From an uncultured Candidatus Rokubacteria bacterium (GTDB lineage Bacteria > Methylomirabilota > Methylomirabilia > Rokubacteriales > CSP1-6), in contig CAVWWD010000007.1 of the NCBI GenBank assembly GCA_963758635.1, forward strand, positions 425,743-489,742: a stretch of DNA of 64,000 nt, read 5' to 3'. Under the pieces are notes generated by a model. It saw only the letters and a program-made list of their open reading frames with translations. It was not told where the DNA came from and searched no databases. Positions 1 through 11,993 of the stretch are shown here, piece after piece (the stretch's first letter is position 1; every line of letters begins with the position of its first letter). The translations under genes were made by a program, and so were the position numbers.

Positions 1-1041
1 GGGATGACGGTCGCGTAGAACTCGTCGGCCTCCTCGCGTCGGGCGGCCATCACCGCGTCGAAGTCGTCGCCACGGCCGGTGGGCGCGCGGTCCGCGAGCC
101 GGAGCCGGACCGTGCTCGACCCCTTCGCGGGGACGGTGAGGGTGTAGTGCGCCGCGGCCTTCGTCCCGGTGCCCGCGGGGTTCACCGCGTCGCGCCGCCC
201 GTGGACGACGTAGCCGTCGAAGGCGTCCTTCACGTACGGGGTGCGGTTGGGCGTCCCGAAGAGCCGCTCGGTGTTGGTCTCGTTCTCGGTGAAGAGGAGC
301 GCGGCCGCGCCCTCGCAGGACGAGGAAGCGCTCGCCGAGGTCCGGATGGGCGGCCGCGATCAGCGCGGGCCCGGCCTGCCGGAGGCTCGGGCGCGGCGCC
401 TCGCCCCCCCACGACCACGTGTTGCGGAACCAGAGCGTCGGCAGCACGTGAAGCGTGGCCGGCTCGGGACCGCGGTTCTCGACGGTGATCCGGACCAGGA
501 TGTCGTCCGGCGCCGCCTTGGCGTACTCCACGAACACGTCGAAGTAGCGGTCCTCGTCGAAGACGCCGGTGTCGAGCAGCTCGTACTCGAGCTCGTCCCG
601 GCTGCGGCGTCCGTTGGTCGCGATGAGGTCGGCGTAGGGATACGAGGCCTGCGGGTACTTGTACAGGTACTTCATGTACGAGTGGGTGGGCGTCGAGTCG
701 AGGTAGAAGTAGTACTCCTTCACGTCCTCGCCGTGGTTGCCCTCGCTGTTGGTCAGCCCGAAGAGCCGCTCCTTGAGGATGGGGTCCCGGCCGTTCCACA
801 GGGCCAGCGCGAAGCACAGGAGCTGCTTGTCGTCGGAGATCCCGCCGAGCCCGTCCTCGCCCCAGCGGTAGGCGCGCGAGCGCGCCTGGTCGTGGCTGAA
901 GTAGTTCCACGCGTCGCCGGAGTCGCTGTAGTCCTCGCGGACGGTGCCCCACTGCCGCTCCGACAGGTATGGGCCCCACTTCCGCCAGGATCCGTGGCCC
1001 CCCTTCGACTCGTCCAGGCGGCGGCGCTCGGCGTCCTTCAT
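1..1041 (-). CDS. Glucosidase, GH63/MGH1-like (N-terminal part; runs off the window)
   Basis: Manual translation from ATG at 1041 gives MKDAERRRL...[21 protein letters not shown]...[33 protein letters not shown], the conserved N-terminus of this family. Probable indel near 330-410. Confidence 0.85.
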   Translation of the reverse strand, partial: MKDAERRRLDESKGGHGSWRKWGPYLSERQWGTVREDYSDSGDAWNYFSHDQARSRAYRWGEDGLGGISDDKQLLCFALALWNGRDPILKERLFGLTNSEGNHGEDVKEYYFYLDSTPTHSYMKYLYKYPQASYPYADLIATNGRRSRDELEYELLDTGVFDEDRYFDVFVEYAKAAPDDILVRITVENRGPEPATLHVLPTLWFRNTWSWGGEAPRPSLRQAGPALIAAAHPDLGERFLVLRGRGRAPLHRERDQHRAALRDAQPHPVREGRLRRLRRPRAARRGEPRGHRDEGRGALHPHRPREGVEHGPAPARGPRAHRPWRRLRRGDGRPTRGGRRVLRDRHP

Positions 1042-1245
1042 GGCTGGGCCCCCCTCTTGGCCCTGTCGTCGACGGGAGGTTGAACCGCTCCGGATCGGTC
1101 CGAGCGCCAGGCGGGCGCCCCGGGTTCGCGCTCCTCGTCTTAGCGCAGTCCCGGACCCGTGTCGATGGTGACACGGGACGGTCGGACAAATTTCCGGGTT
1201 TTGTCGGGATTTCGCGGCCCCCGATCGATCATGATCCTTCGCGCG

Positions 1246-1575
1246 ATGACGACGCCTCGGTCGAGGCGAACGGAGACGGCGGGCGCGGCCGACGCCGGCG
1301 GCGCCCAGGCGGGCGCCCCGACCCTGCCGTACGGGCGCGCCTTCATCGTGCAGTTCACGTCGGAGACCGAGACGTCGCGCCGTCGCGTCGCCGGGCGGGT
1401 CGAGCACCTGAAGTCGGGAGGGCGGTCCTGGTTCACGTCGGTCGACGGGTTGCTCGCGTCGATGACCGAGCTCCTCGGGGAGCCGCCGGGCCCTCGCGCG
1501 CGGCGCCGGGACGCGACCAGGCCGTCGGGCTCCCGCCGCGGCCCGCGTGGCGGCAAGACGCGGCGCGCGCGGTGA
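1246..1575 (+). CDS. Small conserved hypothetical protein
   Basis: Motif [11 protein letters not shown]...GRVEHLKSG...[11 protein letters not shown] resembles a recurrent small hypothetical family. Start codon uncertain. Confidence 0.55.
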   Translation: MTTPRSRRTETAGAADAGGAQAGAPTLPYGRAFIVQFTSETETSRRRVAGRVEHLKSGGRSWFTSVDGLLASMTELLGEPPGPRARRRDATRPSGSRRGPRGGKTRRAR

Positions 1576-1874
1576 CGCCGCGCGCGGCGTTCGCCGCCCG
1601 CGACGCCGCGCCCGCGCGGCGCGAATCGGTCCGCCGGGTCGCGCGCGTCGAGTACACTGTCCCCGGCGCGTCGCCCGTGCCGTGTGATGGGAGTCGAAGG
1701 CTGTCGGACGTCCGCGTGAAGTCGTCATCTTCCATCCTCGTGCCGACCGAGGTCCGCCCCGGCGTGTTCGAGGATGAGGCGGGGAGGAACCGGAATGCGC
1801 GAGAACATCGACCACAGGGGCGGACGTTCCACCGGGAACACCCTCTGGCCCAGCCGCCGTCAGGAAGCCCGGTG

Positions 1875-3285
1875 ATGCGAGGTCAGCGGCCGGGCCGGGG
1901 GCGCATCGCCGGAGGCGCCCGGATCGCGCGGCTCGGCGGCCTCGCCGTCCTGCTGCTCGCCGCGGCCGCGTGCGACAACGCCAAGGCCGGCAAGGACGCC
2001 AAGGGCGCGGGAGCGCCGCCGCCGCCGCCGCCGACGGTGGTGGTCGCCGAGGTGACGCGGCAGCCGGTGTCGATCAGCCGGGACTTCGTCGCGCGCACCG
2101 AGGGCATCCCGACGGTGGACGTGCGCGCGCGCGTGTCCGGCATGCTGGAGCGTGTGCACTACAAGGAAGGCAGCGAGGTCAAGCAGGGGCAGATCCTGTT
2201 CGAGCTCGAGCGCGCCGAGTACCAGGCCGCGCTCCAGTCCGCGAGGGCCCAGCTCGCCAAGGCCAACGCCGACCTCACGCGCGCGAAGGACGCCTCGGTG
2301 GTGGACAACGCGCGCGCCCAGCTGGAGCAGCGTCGCGCCGATCTGGAAAAGGCCCAGGCCGACGTCGCCCGGTACGTGCCGCTCGCCGAGGCGCGGGCCA
2401 TTCCCCAGCAGGACCTGGACACCGCCCGGTCCCAGGAGAAGGTCGCGAGGGCGGGCGTGGACGTCGGCGACGCGGCGCTCCGTGACACCCAGCTCGTCCA
2501 GCGCACCCAGATCCAGCTCGCCGAGGCCGCGGTGGAATCGGCGAAAGCGTCGGTGACGCAGGCGGAGCTGAACCTGGGCTACACGCGGATCGCCGCGCCG
2601 ATCAGCGGCATCGTCGGCAAGATCCTGGTCGACCCGGGGAACCTCGTGGGGAAAGCGGAGCCGACCCTTCTCACTCAGATCTCCGCGGTGGACCCGATCT
2701 TCGTCGAGTTCTCGGTGGCCGAGGCCGACTACCTGCGGCTGGCGTCCGAGCCAGAGGAACCGGGGCCGGGACGCGGAGCGCCGGCTCGACCTGTTCCTCG
2801 CCGACGACACCATGTTCCCGCACAAGGGGCGCTTCGTGTTCGTGGGTCGGGCGTTCGACGTGAAGACGGGCACCATCAACATCCAGGCGGAGTTCCCGAA
2901 TCCGACGCGCGTGCTGCGGCCCGGTCAGTTCGCGCGGGTTCGCGGGGTCGTGGACGAGCGGCCCGACGCCGTGCTCGTGCCCCAGCGCGCCGTGCAGGAG
3001 CAGCAGGGCGCCAAGATCGTCCTGGTCGTGGCCGAGGACAAGGTGGTGTTCAGGCCGGTGACCCTCGATGAGCGCGTGGGCGACGCCTACATCGTCACGA
3101 AGGGCCTCCAGCCGGGCGAGCGCGTCATCGTCGACGGCGTGCAGAAGGTCCGGCCCGGCATGCAGGTGAAAGCCGAGACCCGCGCGACTCCTCCGCCCAC
3201 CGCGCCCGCGGCGCCGGCGGCACCCGCCGCGCCAGGCAACACCCCCGGGCCCGCGCCCGCCGGCAAGGCGAAGGCCGGAGGGTAG
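1875..3285 (+). CDS. RND efflux membrane fusion protein (lipoprotein), one frameshift near 2750-2790
   Basis: LAAAAC lipobox, [23 protein letters not shown], then LRPGQFARV and VLVPQRAV in ORF 2812..3285. Confidence 0.92.
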
Positions 3286-3289
3286 GGGC

Positions 3290-6200
3290 GTGGCACAGTT
3301 CTTCATCCGCCGGCCGATCGTCGCCATCGTCATCTCGATCCTGATGGTGCTGATGGGGGGCTTCAGCCTCATGCGCCTGCCCTTCGAGCAGTATCCCTTC
3401 CTCGCGCCCCCGACAGATTCGCGTGACCGCGAACTACCCCGGCGCGTCCGCCGTGGCCGTCGAGCAGTCGGTCGCCACGCCGATCGAGCAGGAAGTCAAC
3501 GGCGTCGATCGGATGATCTACATGCAGTCGTCCAACACGAGCGACGGCCGCATGCTGCTCGACGTGAACTTCGAGGTGGGCGTCGACCAGGACACGGCCA
3601 ACGTCCTCACCCAGAACCGCGTCGCCTCCGCCCAGGCCCGGCTGCCCCAGGAGGTGAACGCGCAGGGCGTGACGGTGAAGAAGCAGAGCCCGAGCATCCT
3701 CATGATCGTGTCCGTCTACTCGCCGAACGGCTCGTACGACGGGAACTACCTGATCAACTACTGCGGGATCAACCTGCGGGACCAGCTCCTGCGCATTCCC
3801 GGGATCGCGCAGGTCGATCTGTTCGGCGGCACCGACTACGGCATGCGCGTGTGGCTCCGGCCGGACAAGCTCGCCAAGCTGGGGCTGACGCCGGCCGACG
3901 TGATCAACTCCATCAAGGAGCAGAACCTTCAGGCGCCGGCCGGGCGCATCGGGGCCGCGCCCACCCCCAAGGATCAGCAGTTCACGTTCACGGTGGCCGC
4001 GCCGAGCCGCCTCGTCACCACCCAGGAGTTCGAGGACATCATCATCCGCGGCACGGAAAGCGCCAACCAGATCCGCATCAGGGACGTCGGGCGCGCCGAG
4101 CTGGGCTCCCAGGACTACAACTCGTTCGGCCGCCTGGACGGCAAGCCCGCGGGCTCGATGGCCGTGTACCTCCTGCCCGGCGCCGACCAGCTCAAGGCGG
4201 CCCACGCGATCTACGAGACCATGACCCGGGCCAAGGGCCTCTTCCCGCCCGACATGGACTACAAGATCGTCTACGACACCACGCCGGCCGTCGAGGCGTC
4301 GATCCACGAGATCGAGAAGACGTTCGTGGAGGCCCTCATCCTCGTCACCCTCGTGGTGTTCATCTTCCTGCAGAGCCTGCGGGCCACGATCATCCCGCTC
4401 CTCACCGTGCCCGTCTCCATCATCGGCACGTTCATCTTCTTCCCGATGCTCGGCTTCTCGGTGAACACGCTGTCCATGTTCGGCCTCGTCCTCGCCATCG
4501 GCATCGTGGTCGACGACGCCATCGTCGTGGTCGAGGCGGTCATGCACCACATCGAGCACGGCATGGCGCCGCGCGAGGCCACCATCCAGGCCATGAAGGA
4601 GGTGTCCGCGCCGGTCATCGGCATCGCGCTGATCCTGTCCGCGGTGTTCATCCCCGTCGCGTTCGTGGGCGGTCTCACCGGCCAGATGTACCAGCAGTTC
4701 GCCCTGACCATCGCGATCTCCGTGCTGCTCTCCGCGTTCAGCGCGCTGTCGCTCTCGCCCGCGCTCTGCGCGATGTTCCTCAAGCCCACCCACGGCCCCG
4801 GCCGTGGCCCGCTGGGCGCGTTCTTCCGCGGGTTCAACTGGGTGTTCGACAAGACGACGGCCGGCTACATGAGCGTCGCGCGGCATCCTCGTCCGGAAGG
4901 CCATCCTCACCATCCTGCTCGTGGCCGTGGTGGCGGTGGGCGCCGGCCTCTTCGGGCGCGCGCTGCCCGCGGGCTTCATTCCCGACGAGGACCAGAGCCT
5001 CATCGGCGTCAACCTCCAGCTGCCGCCGGGCGCGTCGCTCGAGCGGACGGGCGCGCTCCTCACCCAGGTCGAGCAGATCGTGGCGAAGACGCCCGGCGTG
5101 GACTCGTTCGCCACCGTCGGCGGCTTCGGCGTCGTGACCAATACCTTCCAGCCGAACTTCGGCACGATCTTCGTCCGGCTGAAGCCCTGGGACGAGCGCA
5201 AGACCCCGAGCTGCACGCCAAGGGCATCATGGCCGCGGTGGGGCGGGAGGTGTCGCAGATCCCCGAGGCGATCATCTTCCCGTTCAACATCCCGACCATC
5301 TCCGGGTTCGGCGCGTCCGCCGGCTTCAAGTTCCTGCTCCAGGACCGGAGCGGCACGCTCTCGGTGGAGCAGCTCGGCGAGCAGGCCCGGACGTTCCTGG
5401 CCGGCGGCGCGCCAGCGACCGGAGCTGGCGAGCGTCTTCTCGTCGTTCGATCCGAACTACCCGCAGATCAGGGTCGAGCTGGACCGGGAGAAGGCCAGGA
5501 GCCTCGGCGTGCCCATCAACGAGGCGTTCCAGGCGATGTCGGCCTCGCTCGGCGGCAGCTACGTGAACGACTTCAACCGGTTCGGCCGGCTGTACCGGGT
5601 CTACGTCCAGTCCGAGGCCGACTATCGGCGGAAGCCCGGAGACATCGGCGAGGTCTACGTCCGGAGCCGGACCACCAACACCATGATCCCGCTCTCGACG
5701 CTCGTGTCGATCGACGCGGTCGCGGGGACGGAGATCACCACGCGCTTCAACCTGTTCCGCTCGGTGGACATCAGCGGAGCGCCGGCGCGCGGCTACACGT
5801 CCGGTCAGGCCCTCGCCGCCCTCGAAGAGGTGTTCGCGGCGAAGATGCCGAAGGAGATGGGGTTCGCGTACTCGAGCCTGTCCTACCAGGAGAAGACGGC
5901 GCCGCCCGCCGCGCCCACGTTCATCCTGGCCATCGTCTTCGTGTTCCTCCTGCTCGCCGCCATGTACGAGAGCTGGCGGCTGCCGTGGGCCGTGCTGCTC
6001 GGCTCGCCCCTCGTCGCCCTCGGCGCGTTCCTCGGCGTGTGGCTGATGGGCTACGACAACAACGTCTACGTCCAGATCGGTCTGATCATGCTCGTCGGCC
6101 TCGCCGCCAAGAACGCCATCCTGATCGTCGAGTTCGCCAAGGCGAAGCACGATGTCGAGGGCATGTCCTTCGAGGACGCCGCGCTCGAGTCGGCGCGGCT

Positions 6201-6482
6201 CCGCTTCCGGCCGATCCTGATGACGGCCTTCGCCTTCATCCTCGGCGTGGTGCCGCTGATGCTCGCGAGCGGGGCCGGCTCCGGCGCTCAGAACGTCATG
6301 GGCACCGCGGTGTTCTGGGGCATGCTCGTCGCCACCGCGCTGGGCGTCTTCCTCATCCCCGGCAACTTCGCGTTCGTCGAGCAGCTCGGCCGCTCGCGCG
6401 CGAAGCAGCCGGCCCCGACGCCGGCCCGGGCGGCCCGCCGGGCGCGCCCGGCGCCGGCTGCGGCGGGGGAGACCACTCGTGA
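3290..6482 (+). CDS. RND efflux permease, HAE1/AcrB family (several frameshifts)
   Basis: MAQFFIRRPI start, GIVVDDAIVVVE, GLAAKNAILIVEFA, RFRPILMTAFAFILG spread over three or four frames. Confidence 0.93.
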
Positions 6483-7879
6483 GGCGCCTGCTCGCCGTCC
6501 GCCTTGCTCGGGCTCGTGGCCGCGGGCTGCACCGTGGGCCCGGACTTCCAACGCCCGGAGTCGACGGCGCCCGCCGACTACCGCGGGCGCGGAGCCGAGT
6601 ACCCGGCCGGCCCCGCCTCGCTCGGGGACCTGCCCTGGTGGGAGATCTTCGGCGATCCGGTGCTGCAGGAGCTGATCCGGGAGGCGCTGCGCCAGAACTA
6701 CGACCTGCGGGTGGCGGCCTCGCGCATCGTCGACGCCCGAGCCCAGGTCACGATCGCCCGGTCGTTCCAGTTCCCCGAGCTGAGGGGATCGGGCGGCGGC
6801 GTGTACTCGCGGGTCGAAGGGGATCGCGACCCGAGCCAGTTCCGGGAGACCTTCGTTCCCGCGCGGGGGTTCGACCTGACGTACGAGATCGACTTCTGGG
6901 GCCGCTTCCGTCGGTCCTCCGAGGCCGCGCGGGCCGAGCTGCTCGCGACGGAGGCCGGACGGCGCTTCGTGCTCCTCACGCTGGTGAGCGACGTGGCCGC
7001 GACGTACTTCAACCTGCGCGACCTGGACGAGGAGCTCGAGGTGGCCCGCCGCACCCTGGCCAGCCGCCGCGACTCGCTGCGCCTGGTCAGCCTTCGCGAG
7101 CAGGGCGGCGTGGCCGCGCTCATCGACGTGCGCCAGTCCGAGATCCTCGTCGCCCAGGCCGCGGAGACCGCTGCCCGACGTCGAGCGTCAGATCGCCCAG
7201 ACCGAGAACGCGCTCGCCGTGCTGCTCGGCCGGAACCCCGCCGACGTGCCGCGCGGCCGGCCGATCGAGCAGCAGGTCACGCTTCCCGCGCTGCCGGCGG
7301 GCGTGCCGTCCGCGCTCCTCGAGCGCCGGCCGGACATCGTCCAGGCCGAGGCGCGGCTCGCGGCCGAGACGGCGCGTATCGGGGTGGCCAAGAGCGAGTA
7401 CTTCCCCCGCGTGTTCCTCACCGGCAGCGCCGGCGGCGGGTGGTATCTACGTCAACGGGAGCTGGGCGGGGCCGCAGGGGCTCTTCGCCATCGGCCCCTC
7501 GTTCACGGTGCCGCTCTTCAACTGGGGACGGGTGGACGCTGGCGTCGACTCCGCCGAGGCGCGCGCGCAGGCGGCGCTGGACCAGTATCGGCAGACCGTG
7601 GTCCAGGCGTTCCGGGAGGTGTCCGACGCCCTCGTGGAGCACCAGAAGCGCCGCGAGTTCCGGATCCAGCAGGAGATCCTGACCGTGGCCGCGCGCGACA
7701 CCGCGCGGCTCGCGGACATCCGGTACCGCGGCGGCGTGTCGACCTACCTGGAAGTGCTGGACAGCGAGCGCCAGCTCTTCGACGCCGAGCTGGGCGTGGT
7801 GCGGACGCGGCGCGACGAGCTCGTGGCCGTCGTCCGCCTGTACAAGGCGCTCGGCGGAGGCTGGCAGGAGCCGCAGTGA
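6479..7879 (+). CDS. Efflux outer membrane factor, NodT/OprM family lipoprotein (frameshifted)
   Basis: LVAAGCTVGPDFQRP, YEIDFWGRFRR, ALLERRPDI, C-terminal LYKALGGGW. GTGA overlap with the permease stop. Confidence 0.92.
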   Translation: MRRLLAVRLARARGRGLHRGPGLPTPGVDGARRLPRARSRVPGRPRLARGPALVGDLRRSGAAGADPGGAAPELRPAGGGLAHRRRPSPGHDRPVVPVPRAEGIGRRRVLAGRRGSRPEPVPGDLRSRAGVRPDVRDRLLGPLPSVLRGRAGRAARDGGRTALRAPHAGERRGRDVLQPARPGRGARGGPPHPGQPPRLAAPGQPSRAGRRGRAHRRAPVRDPRRPGRGDRCPTSSVRSPRPRTRSPCCSAGTPPTCRAAGRSSSRSRFPRCRRACRPRSSSAGRTSSRPRRGSRPRRRVSGWPRASTSPACSSPAAPAAGGIYVNGSWAGPQGLFAIGPSFTVPLFNWGRVDAGVDSAEARAQAALDQYRQTVVQAFREVSDALVEHQKRREFRIQQEILTVAARDTARLADIRYRGGVSTYLEVLDSERQLFDAELGVVRTRRDELVAVVRLYKALGGGWQEPQ

Positions 7880-8046
7880 GCGGCCGCCGCGGGTCGGGGC
7901 GGTCCAGTGAGCAGAACGGCCGGATGTGGGCCACCGTGGGCGAGGACGACGGGGCCATCGTCCTGTCGGGGGCCTGCATCGCCCCGTAGCGGGGGCGGGG
8001 AGGTACGGGTGCTCCGTGACCTCCGCCACGCGAGGGGGAGCTGCCG

Positions 8047-8649
8047 TTGAAGCGCCGGATCGCCAGGGCCATCGCGTTGACGGTGGCCGTCCTCGCCGTG
8101 GTGGTGGTCACCGCGTGGGGAGCGCTGGCCCTCTACTACCTGGCGCCCGCGTCCGAGGGAGTGCGCCGGCCGCTGGCCTGGATCGTCGCCGCGCTCGGGC
8201 TTGCCCTGGTGACGGCGCTCCTCGCGGGGCGGTGGCGCGTGCCGGCCGCGCGCGACGCGATCCGGGTCCGCACCAACTACCGGAGATCGCCGCCCGAGGA
8301 CCTGTACGTCTTCCGGGTCACCGCGCCCATCGACAACGGCCGGCGCATGTTCCTGCGCTACATGAGGGACATCAACTGGATCGCCGCCCGTCCCCGCTTC
8401 TACAACACCCTCACGACGAACTGCACCACCATGATCCTCACCCACGCCGCCGTGAATCCGGGCGCGGTGCCGTACTCGTGGAAGATCCTCCTGAGCGGGT
8501 ACGCGCCGGAGTACGCGTACGAGCAGGGGCGGCTGGACCGAAGCATGCCGTTTTCCGAGCTCATGCGGCGGAGCCACATCAACGCGGCGGCGCAGGCCGC
8601 GGACCAGGCGCCGGACTTCTCCCGCCGGATCCGGGCGGCGCTTCCCTGA
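8047..8649 (+). CDS. DUF4105-family membrane protein, apparently internally deleted
   Basis: N-terminal TM pair joined directly to RDAIRVRTNYR...FYNTLTTNCTT...SWKILLSGY. The central part typical of the family is absent. Confidence 0.65.
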   Translation: MKRRIARAIALTVAVLAVVVVTAWGALALYYLAPASEGVRRPLAWIVAALGLALVTALLAGRWRVPAARDAIRVRTNYRRSPPEDLYVFRVTAPIDNGRRMFLRYMRDINWIAARPRFYNTLTTNCTTMILTHAAVNPGAVPYSWKILLSGYAPEYAYEQGRLDRSMPFSELMRRSHINAAAQAADQAPDFSRRIRAALP

Positions 8650-8676
8650 CCGGCGGCGCGAGACGAAGGTGACGTG

Positions 8677-8953
8677 ATGCCCATCAAGAGCTATCTGGCG
8701 TACCCGGTGAGGGGCGGGCAGGACGATCTCGCCGCGGCCCTGCGCGCGCTGCGGCGGCTGTGAGGTCGTGCCCGCCACCAACCGCGAGGTCCTCGTCGTC
8801 GTCACCGACACGCCGGACGAGGCCGCGGAGGAGGCGCTCCAGCGCGCGCTGGTCCTGGTGCCCGGCATCGAGGCGCTCGCGCTGGTGGCCGGCGTGGACG
8901 ATGCCGCCGCCGAGCCCGCCCGCCCGCAGGAGGCCCATCATGACCCGTCGTGA
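8677..8953 (+). CDS. napD: NapD-like chaperone (frameshift near 8755)
   Basis: MPIKSYLAYP...CEVVPATNREVLVVVTDT; small protein overlapping the napA start. Confidence 0.65.
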
Positions 8954-11247
8954 GCTGCTCAGGTCGATGGTCGCGAGCGCCGCGGTGACCGCGGCCGAGG
9001 CCATGTTCCCCGGCGTCGTCTTCGCGGCGCCCGGAGATCCCCCGGCCTCGCCGCCCGGCGTCGCGTGGCGGAAGACCCCGTGCCGCTTCTGCGGGGTCGG
9101 CTGCGGGCTTGCTCGTGGGGATCGCCGATGGGCGCGCGGTCGCGGTGAAGGGCGACCCCGCCAGCCCGGTCAACCGCGGTCTCTGCTGCGTGAAGGGCTA
9201 TCACTCGGTGATGGCGCTGTACGGCAAGGACCGGCTCACGCGGGCGCTGGTGCGCAAGGACGGCAAGCTCGTCCCCGTCCCCATGAAGGAGGCCCTGGAC
9301 CTCGTCGCGTCGAAGATGGCGGAGACCATCAAGGCCCACGGCAAGGACGCGGTCGCCATGTACGGATCGGGGCAGTGGACCATTCCCGACGGCTACGTCG
9401 CCTCCAAGCTCATGAAGGGCGCCATCGGCACCAACAACCTCGAGGCCAACGCGCGCCTGTGCATGTCGAGCGCGGTCACGGGCTTCATGACGAGCTTCGG
9501 CCTCGACGAGCCCATGGGCTGCTACGACGACATCGACCACGCCGACACGTTCGTGCTGTGGGGGAACAACATGGCCGAGATGCACCCGGTCCTGTTCTCC
9601 CGCCTCCTCGAGCGGCGGCTGAAGAACCCCGACGTCAAGATCATCGACCTCGCCACGCGCTGGACGCGCACCAGCATGGCCGCCGACCGGAGCATCCTGT
9701 TCAAGCCCCAGACCGACCTCGCCATCGCCAACGCCATCTGCCACGAGATCTTCCGGAACGACTGGGTGCACGCCACCTTCGTCCGCGACCACGTGTCCTT
9801 CCACGAGGGCAAGACGAACATCGGCTACGGGCTCGAGGACAAGTTCACGTTCAAGGACGAGCCGAAGGACATCACGCTCGCGCGGTACCGCGAGCTGCTC
9901 GCCGAGTATTCCGTCGAGAAGGTGGAGCCCCTGTCCGGCGTGCCCGCGCGCGAGCTTCGCTACCTCGCATCGCTTTACGGGGATCCGAAGCGCAAGGTCA
10001 TGAGCTTCTGGTGCATGGGGTTCAACCAGCACACGCGCGGGACGTGGATCAACAACCTGATCTACAACATCCACCTGCTGGTGGGAAAGATCGCGACGCC
10101 GGGCAATAGCCCGTTCTCCCTCACCGGCCAGCCCAGCGCCTGCGGCACCGTGCGCGAGGTCGGGACGCTGACGAATCGGCTGCCCCACGGCGAGGTGACC
10201 GACGAGAAGTCGCGCAAGCTCGCCGCGGACATCTGGGGCGTGCCGATCGAGCGCATCTCCGCCAAGCCCACCTACAACACCATCGAGATGTTCCGGGCGC
10301 TGGACCGCGGGGACATTCGCTTCGTGTGGATCCAGGTCACGAACCCCATGCTGACCCTGCCCAAGCTCCGCCGCTACCGCGACGCGCTCAAGAAGGACGA
10401 CCGCTTCGTGGTGGTCTCCGACGTTTACCCCACGCCCACGACGGACGTGGCCGACGTGGTCCTGCCCGCGGCGATGTGGATCGAGCGCGAGGGCATGTGG
10501 GGCAACTCGGAGCGGCGCACCCAGCACTTCGACCGGATGCTGACGCCGCCCGGCGAGGCCATGTCGGACACCTGGCAGATGATCGAGGTGGCGCGGCGCA
10601 TGGGCTTCGAGAAGCTCTTCCCGTGGAGCGAGGCCACGCACGTCCAGGAGATCTGGAAGGAGTACTCGCGCTTCCAGCACGGGCCCGACCACGAGATGGC
10701 CCCCTACGAGGAGCTGAAGAAGCGGCCCGGCGTCATGTGGCCCTTCGTGAACGGCAAGGAGACCAAGTGGCGGTACAACGGGCAGCACGATCCTGCCGCC
10801 AAGGCGCCGTTCGACTTCTACGGCAAGCCCGACCATCGCGCCTGGATCTGGTTCCGTCCCTACGAGGCGCCGCCCGAGGTGCCTGACGCGCAGTACCCGT
10901 TCTGGCTGAACACGGGCCGCGTCCTCGAGCACTGGCACTCGGGCTCCCTGACCCGGCGCGTCCCCGTCCTGCACCAGGCCGTGCCCGCCGCGTACGTGGA
11001 ATTGCATCCGAGCGACGCCCGCCGGCTCGGCGTCGGCAACGGCGATCGCGTGCGCCTGGTCACGCGCCGGGGCGCCCTGGTCCTGCCCGCCCAGATCGAC
11101 GGGCGCGCGCGGCCCCCCGAGGGCCAGGTGTTCGTGCCGTTCTTCGACGAGGGCCTCCTGATCAACGAGCTGACGCTGGACGCCTTCTGCCCCATCTCCG
11201 GCCAGCCCGACTACAAGAAGTGCGCGGTCAAGGTGGAGCGGGCCTGA
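8940..11247 (+). CDS. napA: Periplasmic nitrate reductase catalytic subunit (frameshift near 9108)
   Basis: Tat signal MTRRELL, CRFCGVGC [4Fe-4S] motif, NARLCMSSAV Mo-ligand Cys, SLTGQPSACGTVREVG, C-terminal PDYKKCAVK. Confidence 0.95.
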
Positions 11248-11263
11248 GGGCAGCGCCGCCGTC

Positions 11264-11993
11264 ATGACCTCGGTGAACCCGTCGCGGTATTTCCTGATCG
11301 GGCTCGGCGTGCTGCTGATGGCGGCGCTGGTCGTCGTCGTGGGATTGAGCATCACCGCGGGGGAGCGGCCGGCGCGCGTGATGCCGGTGCAGGCCGCGGC
11401 GACGCCCACGCTGCCGTCGGAGGCCGGCATGTACGCGCGCGTGGACGCGGCCGCGGAGTACGCGGCCATGCCGCGCGAGGCGAACCGCAAGCGCACGCGC
11501 GCCGTCTACTACGCGCGTCGGGCCTATCCGGGCGCGCCACCGGTCATCCCTCACGCGGTCGACGAGCGCGACGCCGGCGGCCGGCTCTGCCTGGCCTGCC
11601 ACGGCGACGGGGGCTGGGCCCCGCGCTTCGACGCCTACGCGCCCGTCACGCCGCATCCCGAGCTGATCTCCTGCCGGCAGTGCCACGTCCCCGTCTCGTC
11701 CACCGGGGCGGAGGGGCGCGTGAGGGGGGAGGGCGTGGGTCTCGTGAGGGGGTCCGCGAGCGGCTGGCAGACGACGGCGCCGCCCGCCCTCCGGGGCGGG
11801 GTCATGCCGGGCAGCCCCCCGCCCATCCCGCACGCGTTGCAGATGCGGGAGAACTGCCGCGCGTGTCACGCGGGCCCCGGGGCGGTGGACGAGCTCCGCA
11901 CCAGCCACCCGGAGCGCGTGACCTGCCGGCAATGCCACGCCCTCGGCGCGCCGCCGGCGGCGGCCTTCGCGCGGCCCGGAGGGCGGGCGATGA
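11264..11993 (+). CDS. Membrane-anchored tetraheme NapB-like cytochrome c (reads in frame into the next gene as sequenced)
   Basis: N-terminal TM; two PPxIPH repeats; CLACH, CRQCH, CRACH, CRQCH. GGAGGG-N-ATGA at 11978-11993 suggests a separate downstream start. Confidence 0.75.
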
